Below, piece after piece: positions 18,660 through 36,444 of a stretch of DNA of 64,000 bases (position 1 is the first letter of the stretch; every line of letters begins with the position of its first letter). The stretch is from the human T2T-CHM13v2.0 reference genome, Homo sapiens: assembly GCF_009914755.1 (NCBI RefSeq), contig NC_060928.1. One strand, given 5' to 3'. A program made the position numbers and the translations under genes. The notes beneath the pieces were generated by a model, which ran no database searches, was not told the DNA's origin, and worked only from the letters and a program-made list of their open reading frames with translations.

Positions 18660-19595
18660 TAGACTAAAGGTGACAAATTCTTTCCTGCTCCTGTCTCTGT
18701 GAGAACCAATTCCCCTTAAACCTTGCCCAGACTACTGACTTGTTTGGCCAACAGAAGGTGACAAAGGTGGTATTTGGGGACTTCAGAAGCCAGGCTGAGA
18801 AAACAGAACACTTATCCAGGAGAAAGCCAGTCACCAGGCAGGAAATCCCACTCCCCTGAGACCTCATGATGGAAACCACATGGCCAGTCCATGACTAGCT
18901 ACACGCATTGACATCCCCCACTGAGCCTCCAGCAACACCGACTCCCAACAACTAGTGAGCCTCCAGCAACATCCACTCCCAACCACTAGTGGGCCACCCT
19001 GCACACCACCCCACTGTGCTTTCACACAATCCAGCTTGGCTGCAAATGTGTGTGAGATGAGCTGGCCACCAAGACTCTCTAAGCCAAACAACAAGTAATA
19101 ATGAGTTGTTTTAAGCTGCCAACTTTTGGGGATGGTTTCTTCAGAACAGATAACTGGAACAGAATATGGCAGCTGGAAATGAGCTGCTGTGGTAATCAGA
19201 AGCTACAATATGTGCCACGACTGTGAGGCTGACCTGTAACTGGGCCTCAAGGAGACCATTCATGCAACCTGGAAGGGCATCAAGACTCTTGGTCAGGGCC
19301 TGAAGGACGGTGAGAAAATGTCATTGGAAACTGGAGAAAAGGCCTGAGAGTTACGTGTTGAGGGACTGTGGGAAAACTACGACCACAACATGGAAACTGA
19401 AAGGGCACTGCATCATCTCAGGGATCTGCCTAAGGAGACATCTGGGAAGAACATGGAAAGTGCTACCAGCCTCCCCTAACTGTCATTGAATAAATATGAC
19501 AGGAGAGGGACATGATCTAAAGAAGGAGGTTCAGTTTTCAAACAGAATTTAGAGAAAATATAAAGAAATAATTTCTTGTCTCAAAAGGCCAAAGT

Positions 19596-19627
<32 letters not shown>

Positions 19628-20810
19628 GAAAAAAAAATGAAAAAGAAGCCATTGAATACCCTATTGACCATAAGAAAAAGGCAGGGAAAGTTGGTCAACA
19701 GCAACCCAGACACTGAAGGAAAAAGAACATGGAGAATGACAAAAGCCCAGAGGGAGGAGTAAAAGGACACAAACACCATTCTCAGGGACCGGGACTGGGC
19801 GCCGTTCTCAGGGACCAGGACTGGGCACTAATCACAGAACTGTAACAGGCGCCCCATGGGAATGACCAACTGTTAAACGGGGCCTGCAGGGCAGCACCTC
19901 CCTCCTGCCTCCCACCAACAGCTTCTAAAGGGAAATGTCGACTGTTTTCACAGCAGTCCCCTCACTGTGGCTGTGTGTGTCGGGCGCAGATGACAGGCCA
20001 CCACAACCTGATTCAGTCCCCACTGTGGCTGTGTGTGGGGGGTCAGATGACAGGCTACCACAACCTGATTCAGTCCCCACTGTGGCTGTGTGTCGGGGGT
20101 CAAATGACAGACCACCACAACCTGATTCAGTCCTCACTGTGTCTGTGTGTGTGGGTGCAGATGACAGGCCACCACAACCTGATTCAGGATTCAGTTGGGC
20201 TACCAGCCAGTGCCATAAGGAAAACCATTCTGGGGCTCTTGAGAGGGGCAAAGCATAATTTCCATGTGGGAGAAACGTTAATAGTTTGTGGCCAGAGGAC
20301 AAGCTGTGGTTTATGAAAGACTGCTGCAGGTTCCTACTATGCTTCTCATCAAGAGGTGGAATCTAATCACCTTCCCACCTGGAATCATGGCTGATCTCAG
20401 TGATGAGTACGACTGGACAGTGTGGCAGGAGAGATGCTCTGGGACTTCTGAGGGATGATCATGAGAGACCTTACAGCTTCTGCCTGGGCCTCTTGGACAC
20501 ACACCCTGGGAGAAGCCAGACAAACCTGACTACCTGACTGCCAGACTGGGAGGAAGTCCGTGCTGGCCACAAAGAGAGGGCTGGGTGCCTGCTCCATGTC
20601 CCCAGCCACTAGAGTCCTTCTGGGTGCCTGCTTCACGTCCCCAGCCACTAGAGTCCTTACAGATGAGACCAGGGAGATCATGAAGCAACAAACCCACACC
20701 ACCCTGTCCAGTGTCTTGACAAAGAAAATTGTGACATGTAAAAAGAATAAATTCCTGGTTTAAGCCAGTAAGGTTACTGGTACATTGTTACATCTCAGAT
20801 AATTAAAACC
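18660..20810 (+). mobile_element. MLT1-type MaLR: LTR (~18660-19160), internal, LTR (~20290-20810)
   Basis: Two MLT1-like LTR ends (gttgttttaagctgcc...gataactggaaca; ggtttaagccagtaagg...cagataattaaaac) flanking MaLR-internal-like sequence. Confidence 0.65.
19954..20187. repeat. VNTR, ~57-bp unit x4
   Basis: CAGTCCCCACTGTGGCTGTGTGT...GATGACAGGCCACCACAACCTGATT four times in tandem. Confidence 0.92.
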
Positions 20811-21533
20811 TTGAAAAACTCATGAGAGATCACAAGTAGAACCTTGATCTGAAACATGGCATGTGGCGATTTATATTGAGTATTAGGTTAAAAATGCAAG
20901 AAAGGAGCATAGTTAATATTTTACGTTAAAGCTAAAACTATAATTCCCTACTTAACATTTTCAGTAATTAGGTTGTCACTTTTTGTTCTTAACCAAGAAA
21001 TCAATTAGTTTTAGTCCATAAACAGTTAGAACTGATATACACATCCGTTTTTCCTTACTCATTTTAAACAGCTATCTGAAATAGGAAGCGTAATATAATC
21101 TTTAAAGAATCTGAAAACATGACAGAAATGTTTAAACTATAAAAACATATTGTATATGTTAGCATATTGTATACATTGCATATTAACATAAGCTAGAATC
21201 ATTGACATAAATTTATATAGACAAAAGGTAGAAAATATGACAATGTTCTTCTTGTTTTTTGTCTTTGCATATTTCTTTATTGGCGCTTGTCAAACGTGAC
21301 CCACTAACTCCTGAATGCTTTCTCTCTCCCCATGGATTCCTAAGGATGTCACCACAGTTTTGGCCAGATGTACAGGTCACAGGGGACTGAATCTCATCAC
21401 CCCACAAACATACCATTCAGGTTTTGCCAAGAATGACACTGTAAATATAACAAAGCTTTCGTGCTTGTTAGTGAACACCAACTCAGCTCCTCTCCTGTAT
21501 TCAGAAATCAGGATGAGATGAAAACAACGAGCA

Positions 21534-21835
21534 GGCCAGGCACGGTGGCTCACGCCTGTAATCCCAGCACTTTGGGAGGCTGAGGCGGGTGGATCACCTG
21601 AGGTCAGGAGTTCGAGACCACCCTGATCAAAACATAGAAACCCCATCTCTACTAAAAATACAATATTAGCCGGGCGTGGTGGCAAATGCCTGTAATACCA
21701 GCTACTCAGGAGCTGAGGCAGGAGAATTGCTTGAACCCGGGAGGTGGAGGCTGCAGCGAGCCAAGATCACACCACTGCGCTCTAGCCTGGGCAACAAGAG
21801 TGAAACTCTGTCTCAAAAGAAAAAAAATTAAAAAT
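21534..21835 (+). mobile_element. AluSp-like
   Basis: Alu dimer with caacaagag diagnostic. Confidence 0.9.
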
Positions 21836-22717
21836 AAAAGAACAAGGAAACAAAAGTAACAAAGCTTGACACCAGATGAGCCTGAATCTAACCAAGAAAA
21901 GCCCAGAAGAAATCCCATTTTGGGTCACTGGCTGCATGGTAGTAATACCATATACATAAGGGAAGAGAGGAGGATGTGGCTTTCACTTTGAATTTTTTGA
22001 GCTTAAGGTAACTTTTGTGTAGCTACAAAGAAGCATTCAACAGAGAGCTAAACTTATGATGGAAAGACTGAAGGGGTCCAAGCTGTAGAGAAACAGGACT
22101 GCAAACCACAAAGGGCTGAATCAGTCAAGGAGAACTGCAGGGCGGGATGAACAGGGACCAACGGAACATTTGGATAAGCTGTTGAGAAGAAAGGAGAATT
22201 CAGAGAAAAAGAACTGTCAGTGAGGTCATAATAGGAACTGTTACAGTGAACTAAATATGGCCTGGGAAGGACTCTGTACTTCTAGATTTGAGTCCCTGTG
22301 GACAAACTGCAACCTAACTTAATAGGTAGAAAGACTGAAAACCTAACTTAGGAGTATGCGCCTGTAACTATAGCTGAGTCCTGACCAATCCCAACAGCCA
22401 AACTTCTGCCACTCACACACTGCTGAGTGTTCAGCTGTGTTCAAATAAGGCAAATGCTGAGCACTGTAACCAGTCCAGTTGCTTCTGGACCTCACTGCTG
22501 AGAACTGTAACAGACTCAGGTGCTTCTGGACCTCACTCCTCACTTCAGACTTCTGTACATCACGTTCCCTTTATTGTCTATAAATCTTCCACCATGTAGC
22601 TGTGCTGGAGTCTCACCAAATCTGCTGTGATTCTGGGGGCTGCCTGATTCGTGAATCATTCATTGCTCAATTAAGTTCCTTTAAATTTAATTCAGCTGAA
22701 GATTTTCTTTTAATAGA

Positions 22718-22735
22718 TGGTATCAGAAGTGGGAT
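22718..22735 (+). promoter_or_regulatory. Primer-binding site, tRNA-Leu(CAA) type
   Basis: TGGTATCAGAAGTGGGAT 2 bp after the 5' LTR; one mismatch to the complement of the tRNA-Leu 3' end (TGGTGTCAGAAGTGGGAT). Confidence 0.8.
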
Positions 22736-22853
22736 CTGTGGTAGCAGGACTGCTAGGGCCTCCGGAGTTATAGTGTGGTGAGCAGTGTTGCTAGGGCTTC
22801 TAATGACCCCCAGGAGTGCTGAGGTACAAGAAAGGCACCTGCAAGGACTGCTC

Positions 22854-24116
22854 TGTGATGGCAGCAGTGGCCCACGTGGAGAAGTTGCTACGGAGACACT
22901 GGCTGCTGTGGGGAGGAGTGGCTGGGGCTGTGCGCTCCTCGAAGCTGGTGGGAGCCAGGAACGGGGGGGGGAGCCCCACCCCTTCTAAATTGGTAGGCAG
23001 GAGCCCCGCCCTCCCAGGCACAGCTGCAGCCATCCAGCCATGACTGCAAACCCGGGCATCTTTGCACTCTCAGAGGCCTAGCAAGCCCCCCTGCCCCGCA
23101 GGCTCAGTTGTACCTGGTCCCACCACCTGGCGTCTCCGCTCCCAGAGCCCACTCCAACTTCGGATCCAAGTTGAGGCTGAACCCGGGTACAGTCGCAACC
23201 CAGCCCAGTTTGTGCAAGCTCAGGGCAGTGCTGACATGCCAGCCCCCTGCCACCTCAGCCCCCTCCAGACTTTGGGCACTGACGAGCACAGGAGGGAGGT
23301 TGAGGTGGGGCTAAGGGTGGCTCAGCACTGGCCTGAAGGCACTCCTCAGCTCGAACAGCCTGGGCATCGTGTGCACAGCTAACCACCGTGCGTCTCTCTC
23401 AGCTGCTGAGAGCTGAACAGACGTTGGGATGACCTGCCTGCAGAAAGGAGCTACCCACTGCAGGTCTCCTCTGAGCTGTACTGTTGCTCAATAAAGCACC
23501 TCTTCACCTTGCTCACCTTCTACTTGCCCACATACCTCATTCTTCCTGGACTCAGGACAAGAACTCGGGACCTGCCAACTAGCAGGGCTGAAAGAGTTGC
23601 AACATAAACAGGGCTGAAACGCACCCCTTGCTTGCCAAATTGCAGGCAAGAAGAAGAGAAGAGAGAAGGAGAGAAGAGCTGTGGCCCTTCAGGGAGCCCA
23701 GACCTAGGAGCTCCCCAAGCCAGGGCTGTGACACCTTCTTTGGGGCTCTGCAGTTCCTGCATCTCTAAGCTTCTGGGCACCACTGCATTCCCTGATACCC
23801 ACAGTGGAAGCTGTTTGCAGTCGGCCTGGTCCAGCTGCAGCCTCACAGGGAGCTGGCACCTGTGCCGGTGCCTGGAGCTGCCCACACCACTGCAGCTGGC
23901 ATGCTTGGCTGTGTGCAGTGGCCAGATCCCATGCTCGCTTGCTCACACACCCTTCACTGCTCTGTACCCAGCTCACCCTTGGCAGGTGTGGGATCCAGAC
24001 CACTAGCATGAGCCGAGTGGACAGAACGAACCCAGTGGGCTCGAGCAAAACACAGGTAAATGTGCCACCAGCCAGAGGTTTCAGGCAGAAAATTGATGCC
24101 TCAGGATTCTGTAACA
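22854..24116 (+). mobile_element. MER52 solo LTR nested in the MER57A internal region
   Basis: Starts tgatggcagcagtggccc, GC-rich MER52 body, aataaa near 23490, ends ggattctgtaaca. Confidence 0.82.
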
Positions 24117-25058
24117 CTTGTGCCCTTTGACCTCTCAGAGCAGCTGGGGATCGTGGTAAATTCTCTCTCGGATTTCAGAGCTCCATGGATTTGTGTTTTG
24201 AGCTCTGAGTTTCTTTGAGCAAATTTCTGTTCCAAACTGCTATCCAGCCATGACTGGCTGGATGTTTTAGAAGTTATGACAGAAACGGGACCGGGTCCAG
24301 GATCAGATTTGATCCAGTAGTTAACTGGCTTGAATCCAGTTCCAGTTAGAGGCCCCCTACATCTGAATGGGTCAGAAGGAAAGTGGTAGCAAATGATAAT
24401 ATTGGAGGGTTGTAAAATTTGGCTTTTCAAAATTCACAGGGATTTTTGTGTTCTACCCCTTTGTTTCATTTTCCTCGCATGCTTAGGTAGGAAAAAAAAA
24501 TCATTGGCTAAGTCAATCAAGGGAACCTGGGAGTAAAGCCAATATATTAGGTAAAAATAGGATCCTTAATTTCTGGAAAACTAAGTTCCTTCTGGCTAAT
24601 TCATTAGGCCTGGGAAGCAGCAAAGTCTTACAGAAATGGCAAAATCTTACTAAAGATAACTTACAGTGGAACATTCCAAATGAATAATGCCATGAAGTGC
24701 ATTTAAAAATGATGGCTCCCAAATTAGTCTCACTTAGGGATGCCTATTAATATGCAGAAGCTTCTAAAAAGATTTAGAGATGGCACGGCCTATCTGGGAG
24801 CAAGTTTGAGTCTTACCAGTTTGACACTGTGTGCTAAGCAAAGTGGCTCGTGTCTATGTTTTGTCACATGTATTTTGCTCTGAGCAGAATGAAAAATGTT
24901 AATTTGGTTACTCCAAGCAACCCCTTGGGCAGCATCTTGCAAAGCTGAGTGGATTCTTCCTGTGGCTCCATGATTTCCATTGTGATGCAGCTTGGCCCCC
25001 AGAGCTATAATGTGGTGAGGAGGGTGACAGAGCAAGACGCTATCTTTAAAAAAAAACA

Positions 25059-25355
25059 TGGCCAGGGGCAGTGGCTCACGCCTGTAATCCCAACACTTGG
25101 GGAGGCCGAGACAGGTGGATCACCTGAGGTCAGGAGTTCAGGGCCAGCCAGACCAACAAGGAAAAACCCTGTCTCTACTAAAAACACAAAATTAGCTGGG
25201 CATGGTGGGGCATGCCTCTAATCCCAGCTACTCAGGAGGCTGGGGCGGGAGAATCGCTTGAACCTGGGAGGCAGGGGATTGCAGTAAACCGAGATCGCAC
25301 CATTGCACTCCAGCCTGGGCAACGAGAGGGAAAATCCATCTCAAAAAAAAAAAAA
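25059..25355 (+). mobile_element. AluS
   Basis: Alu dimer with A tail. Confidence 0.92.
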
Positions 25356-26495
25356 AGAATAATAGATTTGCCTATAAGGTTTTATGAAAAAGTGGGTGAC
25401 ATTTGGCTTTCTCTCTTTAAAGAAGATTTTCAGAAAATATTAAAAAATAATGGGAGGAGGAGCCAAGATGGCCGAATAGGAACAGCTCCACTCTACAGCT
25501 CCCAGCATGAACGACGCAGAAGATGGGTGATTTCTGCATTTCCATTTGAGGTACTGGGTTCATCTCACTAGGGAGTGCCAGACAGTGGGTGCAGGACAGT
25601 GGGTGAAGTGCACTGTGCACTAGCCGAAGCAGGGCAAGGCATTGCCTCACTCGGGAAGCACAAGAGGTCAGGGAGTTAGTTCCCTTTCCTGGTCAAGGAA
25701 CGGGGTGAGAGATGGCACCTGGAAAATTGGGCCACTCCCACCCTAATACTGTGCTTTTCTGATGGGCTTAGGAAACGGCGCACCAGGAGATTACATCCTG
25801 CACATGGCTCGGAGGGTCCTACGCCCATGGGATCTTGCTAATTGCTAACACAGCAGTCTGAGATCAAACTGCAAGGCGGCAGCGAGGCTGGGGGAAGGGC
25901 ACCGGCCATTGCCCAGGCTCTCTTAGGTAAACAAAGCAGCCAGGAATCTCAAACTGGGTGGAGCCCACCACAGCTCAAGGAGGCCTGCCTGCCTCTGCAG
26001 GCTTCACCTCTGGGGGCAGGGCACAGACAAACAAAAAGACAGCAGTAACCTCTGCAGACTTAAATGTCCCTGTCTGACAGCTTTGAGGAGAGCAGTGGAT
26101 CTCTCAGCACGCAGCTGGAGATCTGAGAATGGGCAGACTGCCTCCTCAAGTGGGTCCCAGACCCCTGACCCCTGAGCAGCCTAACTGGGAGGAACCCCCC
26201 CCCAGTAGGGGCAGACTAACACCTCACACGACCGGGTACTCCTCTGAGACAAAACTTCCAGAGGAACGATCAGACAGCAGCATTCGCAGATCACGAAAAT
26301 CCATGGTTTTGCAGACACCACTGCTGATACCCAGGCAAACAGAGTCTGGAATGGGTCTCTAGCAAACTCCAACAGACCTTAAGCTGAGGGTACTGTCTGT
26401 TAGAAGGAAAACTAACAAACAGAAAGGACATCCACACCAAAAACCCATCTGTACATCACCATCATCAAAGGCCAAAAGTAGATAAAACCACAAAG

Positions 26496-27512
26496 ATGGG
26501 GTGAAAACAGAGCAGAAAAACTGGAAACTCTAAAAAGCAGAAAACCTCTCCTCCTCCAAAGGAATGCAGTTCCTCACCAGCAATGGAACAAAGCTGGACA
26601 GAGAATGACTTTGACGAGCTGAGAGAAGAAGGCTTCCGACGATCAAACTACTCCGAGCTACAGGGAAAAATTCAAACCAAAGGCAAAGAAGTTGAAAACT
26701 TTGAAAAAACTTTAGACGAATGTATAACTAGAATAACCAATATAGAGAAGTGCTTAAAGGAGCTGATGGAGCTGAAAGCCAAGGCTGGAGAACTACATGA
26801 AGAATGCAGAAGCCTCAGGAGCTGATGCGATCAACTGGAAGAAAGGGTATCAGTGATGGAAGATGAAATGAATGAAATGAAGTGAGAAGGGAAGTTTAGA
26901 GAAAAAAGAATAAAAAGAAATGAACAAAGCCTCCAAGAAATATGTGACTATGTGAAAAGACCAAATCTGCATCTGATTGGTGTACCTGAAAGTGACAGGG
27001 AGAATGGAACCAAGTTGGAAAACACTCTGCAGGATATTATCCAAGAGAACTTCCCCAATCTAGCAAAGCAGGGCAACATTCAGATTCAGGAAATACAGAG
27101 AACACCACAAAGATACTCCTCGAGAACAGCAACTCCAAGACACATCATTGTCAGATTCACCAAAGTTGAAATGAAGGAAAAAATGTTAAGGGCAGCCAGA
27201 GAGAAAGGTCGGGTTACCCACAAAGGGAAGCCCATCAGACTAACTGCTGATCTCTTGGCAGAAACTCTACAAGCCAGAAGAGAGTGGGGGCAAATATTCA
27301 ACATTTTTAAAGAAAAGAATTTTCAACCCAGAATTTCATATCCAGCCAAACTAAGCTTCATAAGTGAAGGAGAAATAAAATACTTTACAGACAACCAAAT
27401 GCTGAGAGATTTTGTCATCACCAGGCCTGCCCTAAAAGAGCTCCTGAAGGAAGCACTAAACATGCAAAGGCACAATCGGTACAAACCACTGCAAAAACAT
27501 GACAAATTGTAA
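26496..27512 (+). pseudogene. L1 ORF1p, disrupted
   Basis: ATG GGG TGA early stop plus further stops; pieces 26583-26825 and 26952-27512 (RPNLHLIGVPE...YPAKLSF). Confidence 0.92.
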
Positions 27513-27560
27513 AGACCATCAAGACTAGGAAGAAACTGCATCAACTAACGAGCAAAATAA

Positions 27561-31383
<3,823 letters not shown>

Positions 31384-31582
31384 ACAATGAGAACACATGG
31401 ACACAGGAAGGGGAACATCACACTCTGGGGACTGTTGTGAGGTGGGGGAAGGGGGGAGGGATACCATTAGAAGATGTAACTAATGCTAAATGACGAGTTA
31501 ATGGGTGCAGCACACCAGACTGGCACATGTATACATATGTAACTAACCGGCACATTGTGCACATAAACCCTAAAGCTTAAAG

Positions 31583-31631
<49 letters not shown>

Positions 31632-32068
31632 ATAAAATAAAAAAATGAAAAATTTGTTTGCCTTGTAAATAAACTACCAAAAAAAAAAAAAGGAAAAACA
31701 AGAGGCAGATCGTTTGTGAAGATAAGTCTTCCCCCTATCAATGAGTAAAGATTTTTGCCCTTTAAAAATTTTTTAAGTCATGATTTTAGGTAAATGAATG
31801 ACTTATGGTGACGTGGAATTCTATTTCATAACATCAAGTGTTTAAACCTTTAATATATTTAATAGGCTTCCCAAAATCAAATTTCAACTTCAAAATTGTC
31901 TTTTCTGACCTCTAACTTTGGGATACTACAGAGGCCCCTGAAGCACCCAAAAGAGAGGTAAACAGGACTATTTAACATGTTAAGTCACATGGGTAGCACT
32001 GTCAAAATAAAAAATAATGTTGAACCTTCTTCAGGTTATATTTAGTGTATGTCATCAATCCATTCTAA

Positions 32069-33007
<939 letters not shown>

Positions 33008-34324
33008 TTAATAAAAAGACCAACTGGTTTATAAAACTTCTAACCCAAGTAAAACAAAAATTGTATACCAAGGAAATATTTTGCCACATTTGCATGCTAA
33101 ATCACCAATATTGAAATTGTTTAGATATATAATTTAAATAAACTCCATGGTCTAAGTCAAATTACCTATAACTACTCATGAGTTACCAGTGCCATGCACC
33201 TAATTTGGAGAAACAGCTGGTATTCAAGAGGATGTAAGTCTAATGTTAATTAAGCACACACTTATGAAGAACCAGGATGGCCACCTTATCCTTCTTAAGT
33301 CCTTAAAACTTTTGTTATTAAAAGTTCTGCATTCCATAACTCATCATGGAAAGAGAAAATGATCCAAATTAAATATATTGGTGTGGTGATTTCTAAACTG
33401 CTAAAATAGTTTATAACCAATGTTTGGTTTGTCAAACCTATATTCCTAGGAAAACAATCAAAACTTCAGGTACATTTGATTACCTGATGGGCCATTTAAA
33501 CATTTTATAAAGGGATTTCATTCAGTTGTCATTTTCAGTGCATGCTTTCTGATTGTATAAAAGCTCTTCCATGCGAGAGAGTTGATGTTAAAACAGTACA
33601 TTATTACCCTGAAGTGTATTTTCACCAGGTAAAGAAAGCCTTTTATGGTTCACTGGGGACAGTCAACCCCTTCACAATCTAGAATCTGATGACTGGATCT
33701 TCTGAGAACATCAGAGAAGGACTGCCCTTGCCATCCACATGACAGCAAAACTTTAAAAACTTAAACTTTGGGTTCATAGTTTCACAACTCAGAAGGGTCC
33801 CTCCACACTTGGAACCATATACCCATTGGAACCCTTAAGGTAAAGCTAACAAGGACAGTTCCCCCCAGAAGAAGATGGCATCCTTAATGTGAACAGCTTT
33901 TCCCAAGATCACAGATCAAGACTTCTCTACTATCATGAGACTCTTATCTTAAGTATCTGTGCAGCTGCTAACACTTACAGCATGTGGAGAAAACATGGGG
34001 TATTATAAAAATTTGGTTGTAGGGAATTAACAAAAAACCCACTTAGTTAAGCAAGTAAACTCTTTATCTAATTCATTCTTTAATCTATTTTATTTTAGGT
34101 GGTTTGATTTATGGGGACCCTGAGTAAGGAGCATATACCAAATTCTTGGTATTATCCCAGTAGTCATAAGAGTCTCCCTGGTGCACTGTACTTACTCAGA
34201 TGTTTTACGAGTTTGCATGCAGGCATCTCTAAAATGTCAAATGGTATCTCTTCAACTGGAATGACAAGAGATTTTAAAAAAATGTGCAACCATAAGGACA
34301 CTGTAACCTATGAGTGACCTGCGA

Positions 34325-34662
34325 AACCAGAGACCCAAAACAATGGGAGTGATGTGCTTAAACTGGAACCCAAAACAATGGGAGTGACATGCTAAACCAG
34401 AAACCCAAAACAATGGGAGTGACTTGCTAAAACTGGAACCCAAAACAATGGGAGTGACGTGCTAAAACCGGAAATGAAAACAATGGGAGTGATGTGCTTA
34501 AATAGGAACCCAAAACAATGGGAGTGACGTGCTAAAACCAGAACCCAAAACATGGGAGTGATGTGCTAAAACCGGAACCCAAAACAATGGGAGTGACGTG
34601 CTAAACCAGAAACACAAAACAGTGGGAATGATGTGCTAAAACTGGAACCCAAAACAATGGTA
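34325..34662. repeat. VNTR, ~35-bp unit x~9.5
   Basis: AAACCGGAACCCAAAACAATGGGAGTGACGTGCTA-type unit in tandem. Confidence 0.93.
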
Positions 34663-34679
34663 ACTAAGAGTGATGCTAA

Positions 34680-35028
<349 letters not shown>

Positions 35029-35842
35029 AAAAGGAGGAATTTTTTAAGCAAAACTATGGGAGGCCATTGTTTTGAACTAAGCTCATGCAATAGGTCCCAA
35101 CAGACCAAACCAAACCAAAATGGAGTCACTCATGCTAAATGTAACATAATCAAACTAAGACTTTAAGGAAACATATAAATCCTAGAACAAACCAGGTTTT
35201 GTTTTTCTCCTATAAACAGGATGTTCCAGCATAAGAAGATACCTTCTACTCAAGTCCTTGTTCCACCTTTTCAAATCTCACTGGTCTATTTCCCAGTGGG
35301 TTTCTAAACCAAGTAAGTACATTTGCAATGGTAATAGTGACACCAGTGACTGAAGTTTTGGCCAATCTCTCAAAATTGAGAAAATAACCAAAGGGAAGGC
35401 ATTGTTAAAGTGAACTAAGTATGGCCTGAGAAGGACTCCATAATTCTATATATGAGTACTTGTGGATGAACTGCAACCTACCTTAATAGGTATACAAGAA
35501 TGAAAAAATAACTTGAGAGTATGCACCTGGAACAACAGCTACATCTTGGCCAATCCCAATGGCCAAACTTCAACAACTCAGGCACTGCCAAATGTTCAAA
35601 CTGTGTTCAAACAAGGCAAACGCTGAGTTGTTTCTGTACCTCACTTCCGATTTCGGTATGCCATTTCCCTTTTGTCTATAAATCTTCTTCCACCACATGA
35701 CTGCGCTGGAGTCTCTGTGAATCTGCTGTGATTCTGGGGACTGTCCGATTTGTGAATCGTTTATTGCTCAATTAAACTCCTTTAAAGTTTTTCTTTTAAC
35801 AGAACTAACACAGAAGAATTTCCAGATCATGAACAGATGTTT

Positions 35843-36444
35843 TGTAATACCCAACGTTGTATTAACATGAATAGATGTTCCTTAGATAGCTAACCTTGTT
35901 TTTAATATGAATAGACTCTCCCTTAGCTGAGAAAACCAGACAAATTCCATTTGGCTCCTTCATTTACAAAACATCAAGGGCTTCTTACCCACCCCTTTTC
36001 CTCAAGGACTTTAACTTGTGCAAGCTGATTTTCAACATATCAAAGAGTGCAATTAACTGATAAAGTGCTGAGACAAGAGATGTCCGCAGTTCCCAGCAAA
36101 TTACTCAGAGATAGTATCATAAAGCCCCCACATTTGTCCGGCAGATAATGCCCAGAGCCCCCTCACCTATCACTTTTTGGTGAATTTAAAGCCCCTGCAC
36201 CTGGAACAGTTTGTTTTCCTGTAACCATCTGTCTTTTTAACTTTTTTGTCTGTTTATTTCTTCTGTAAAGTTGCTGCAGCTAGAATCCCCCCTCCCCTCT
36301 CTAAACCAAATTATAAAAGAAAATCTAGTCCCTTCTTCGGGGCCGAGAGAATTTCGTGCGTTAGCCGTCTCTCAGTCACCGGCTAATAAAGGACTCCTGA
36401 ATTCGTCTCAAAGTGTGGCGTTTCTCTCTCACTCAGGTACGACA
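35843..36444 (+). mobile_element. Solo ERV1 LTR, LTR6 (HERVS71/HERV-T)-like
   Basis: TG...CA ends (tgtaataccc...gtacgaca), TSD GTTT both sides, TATAAAA ~36312, AATAAA 36385-36390; subfamily from memory. Confidence 0.75.

Noticed and set aside
19925-20316. ORFs with 19-aa repeats
   Set aside because: Product of the 57-bp VNTR.
21414-21438. SFLAKPE as a KRAB-B exon remnant
   Set aside because: Match limited to KPE; no downstream LEQG/EPW motif.
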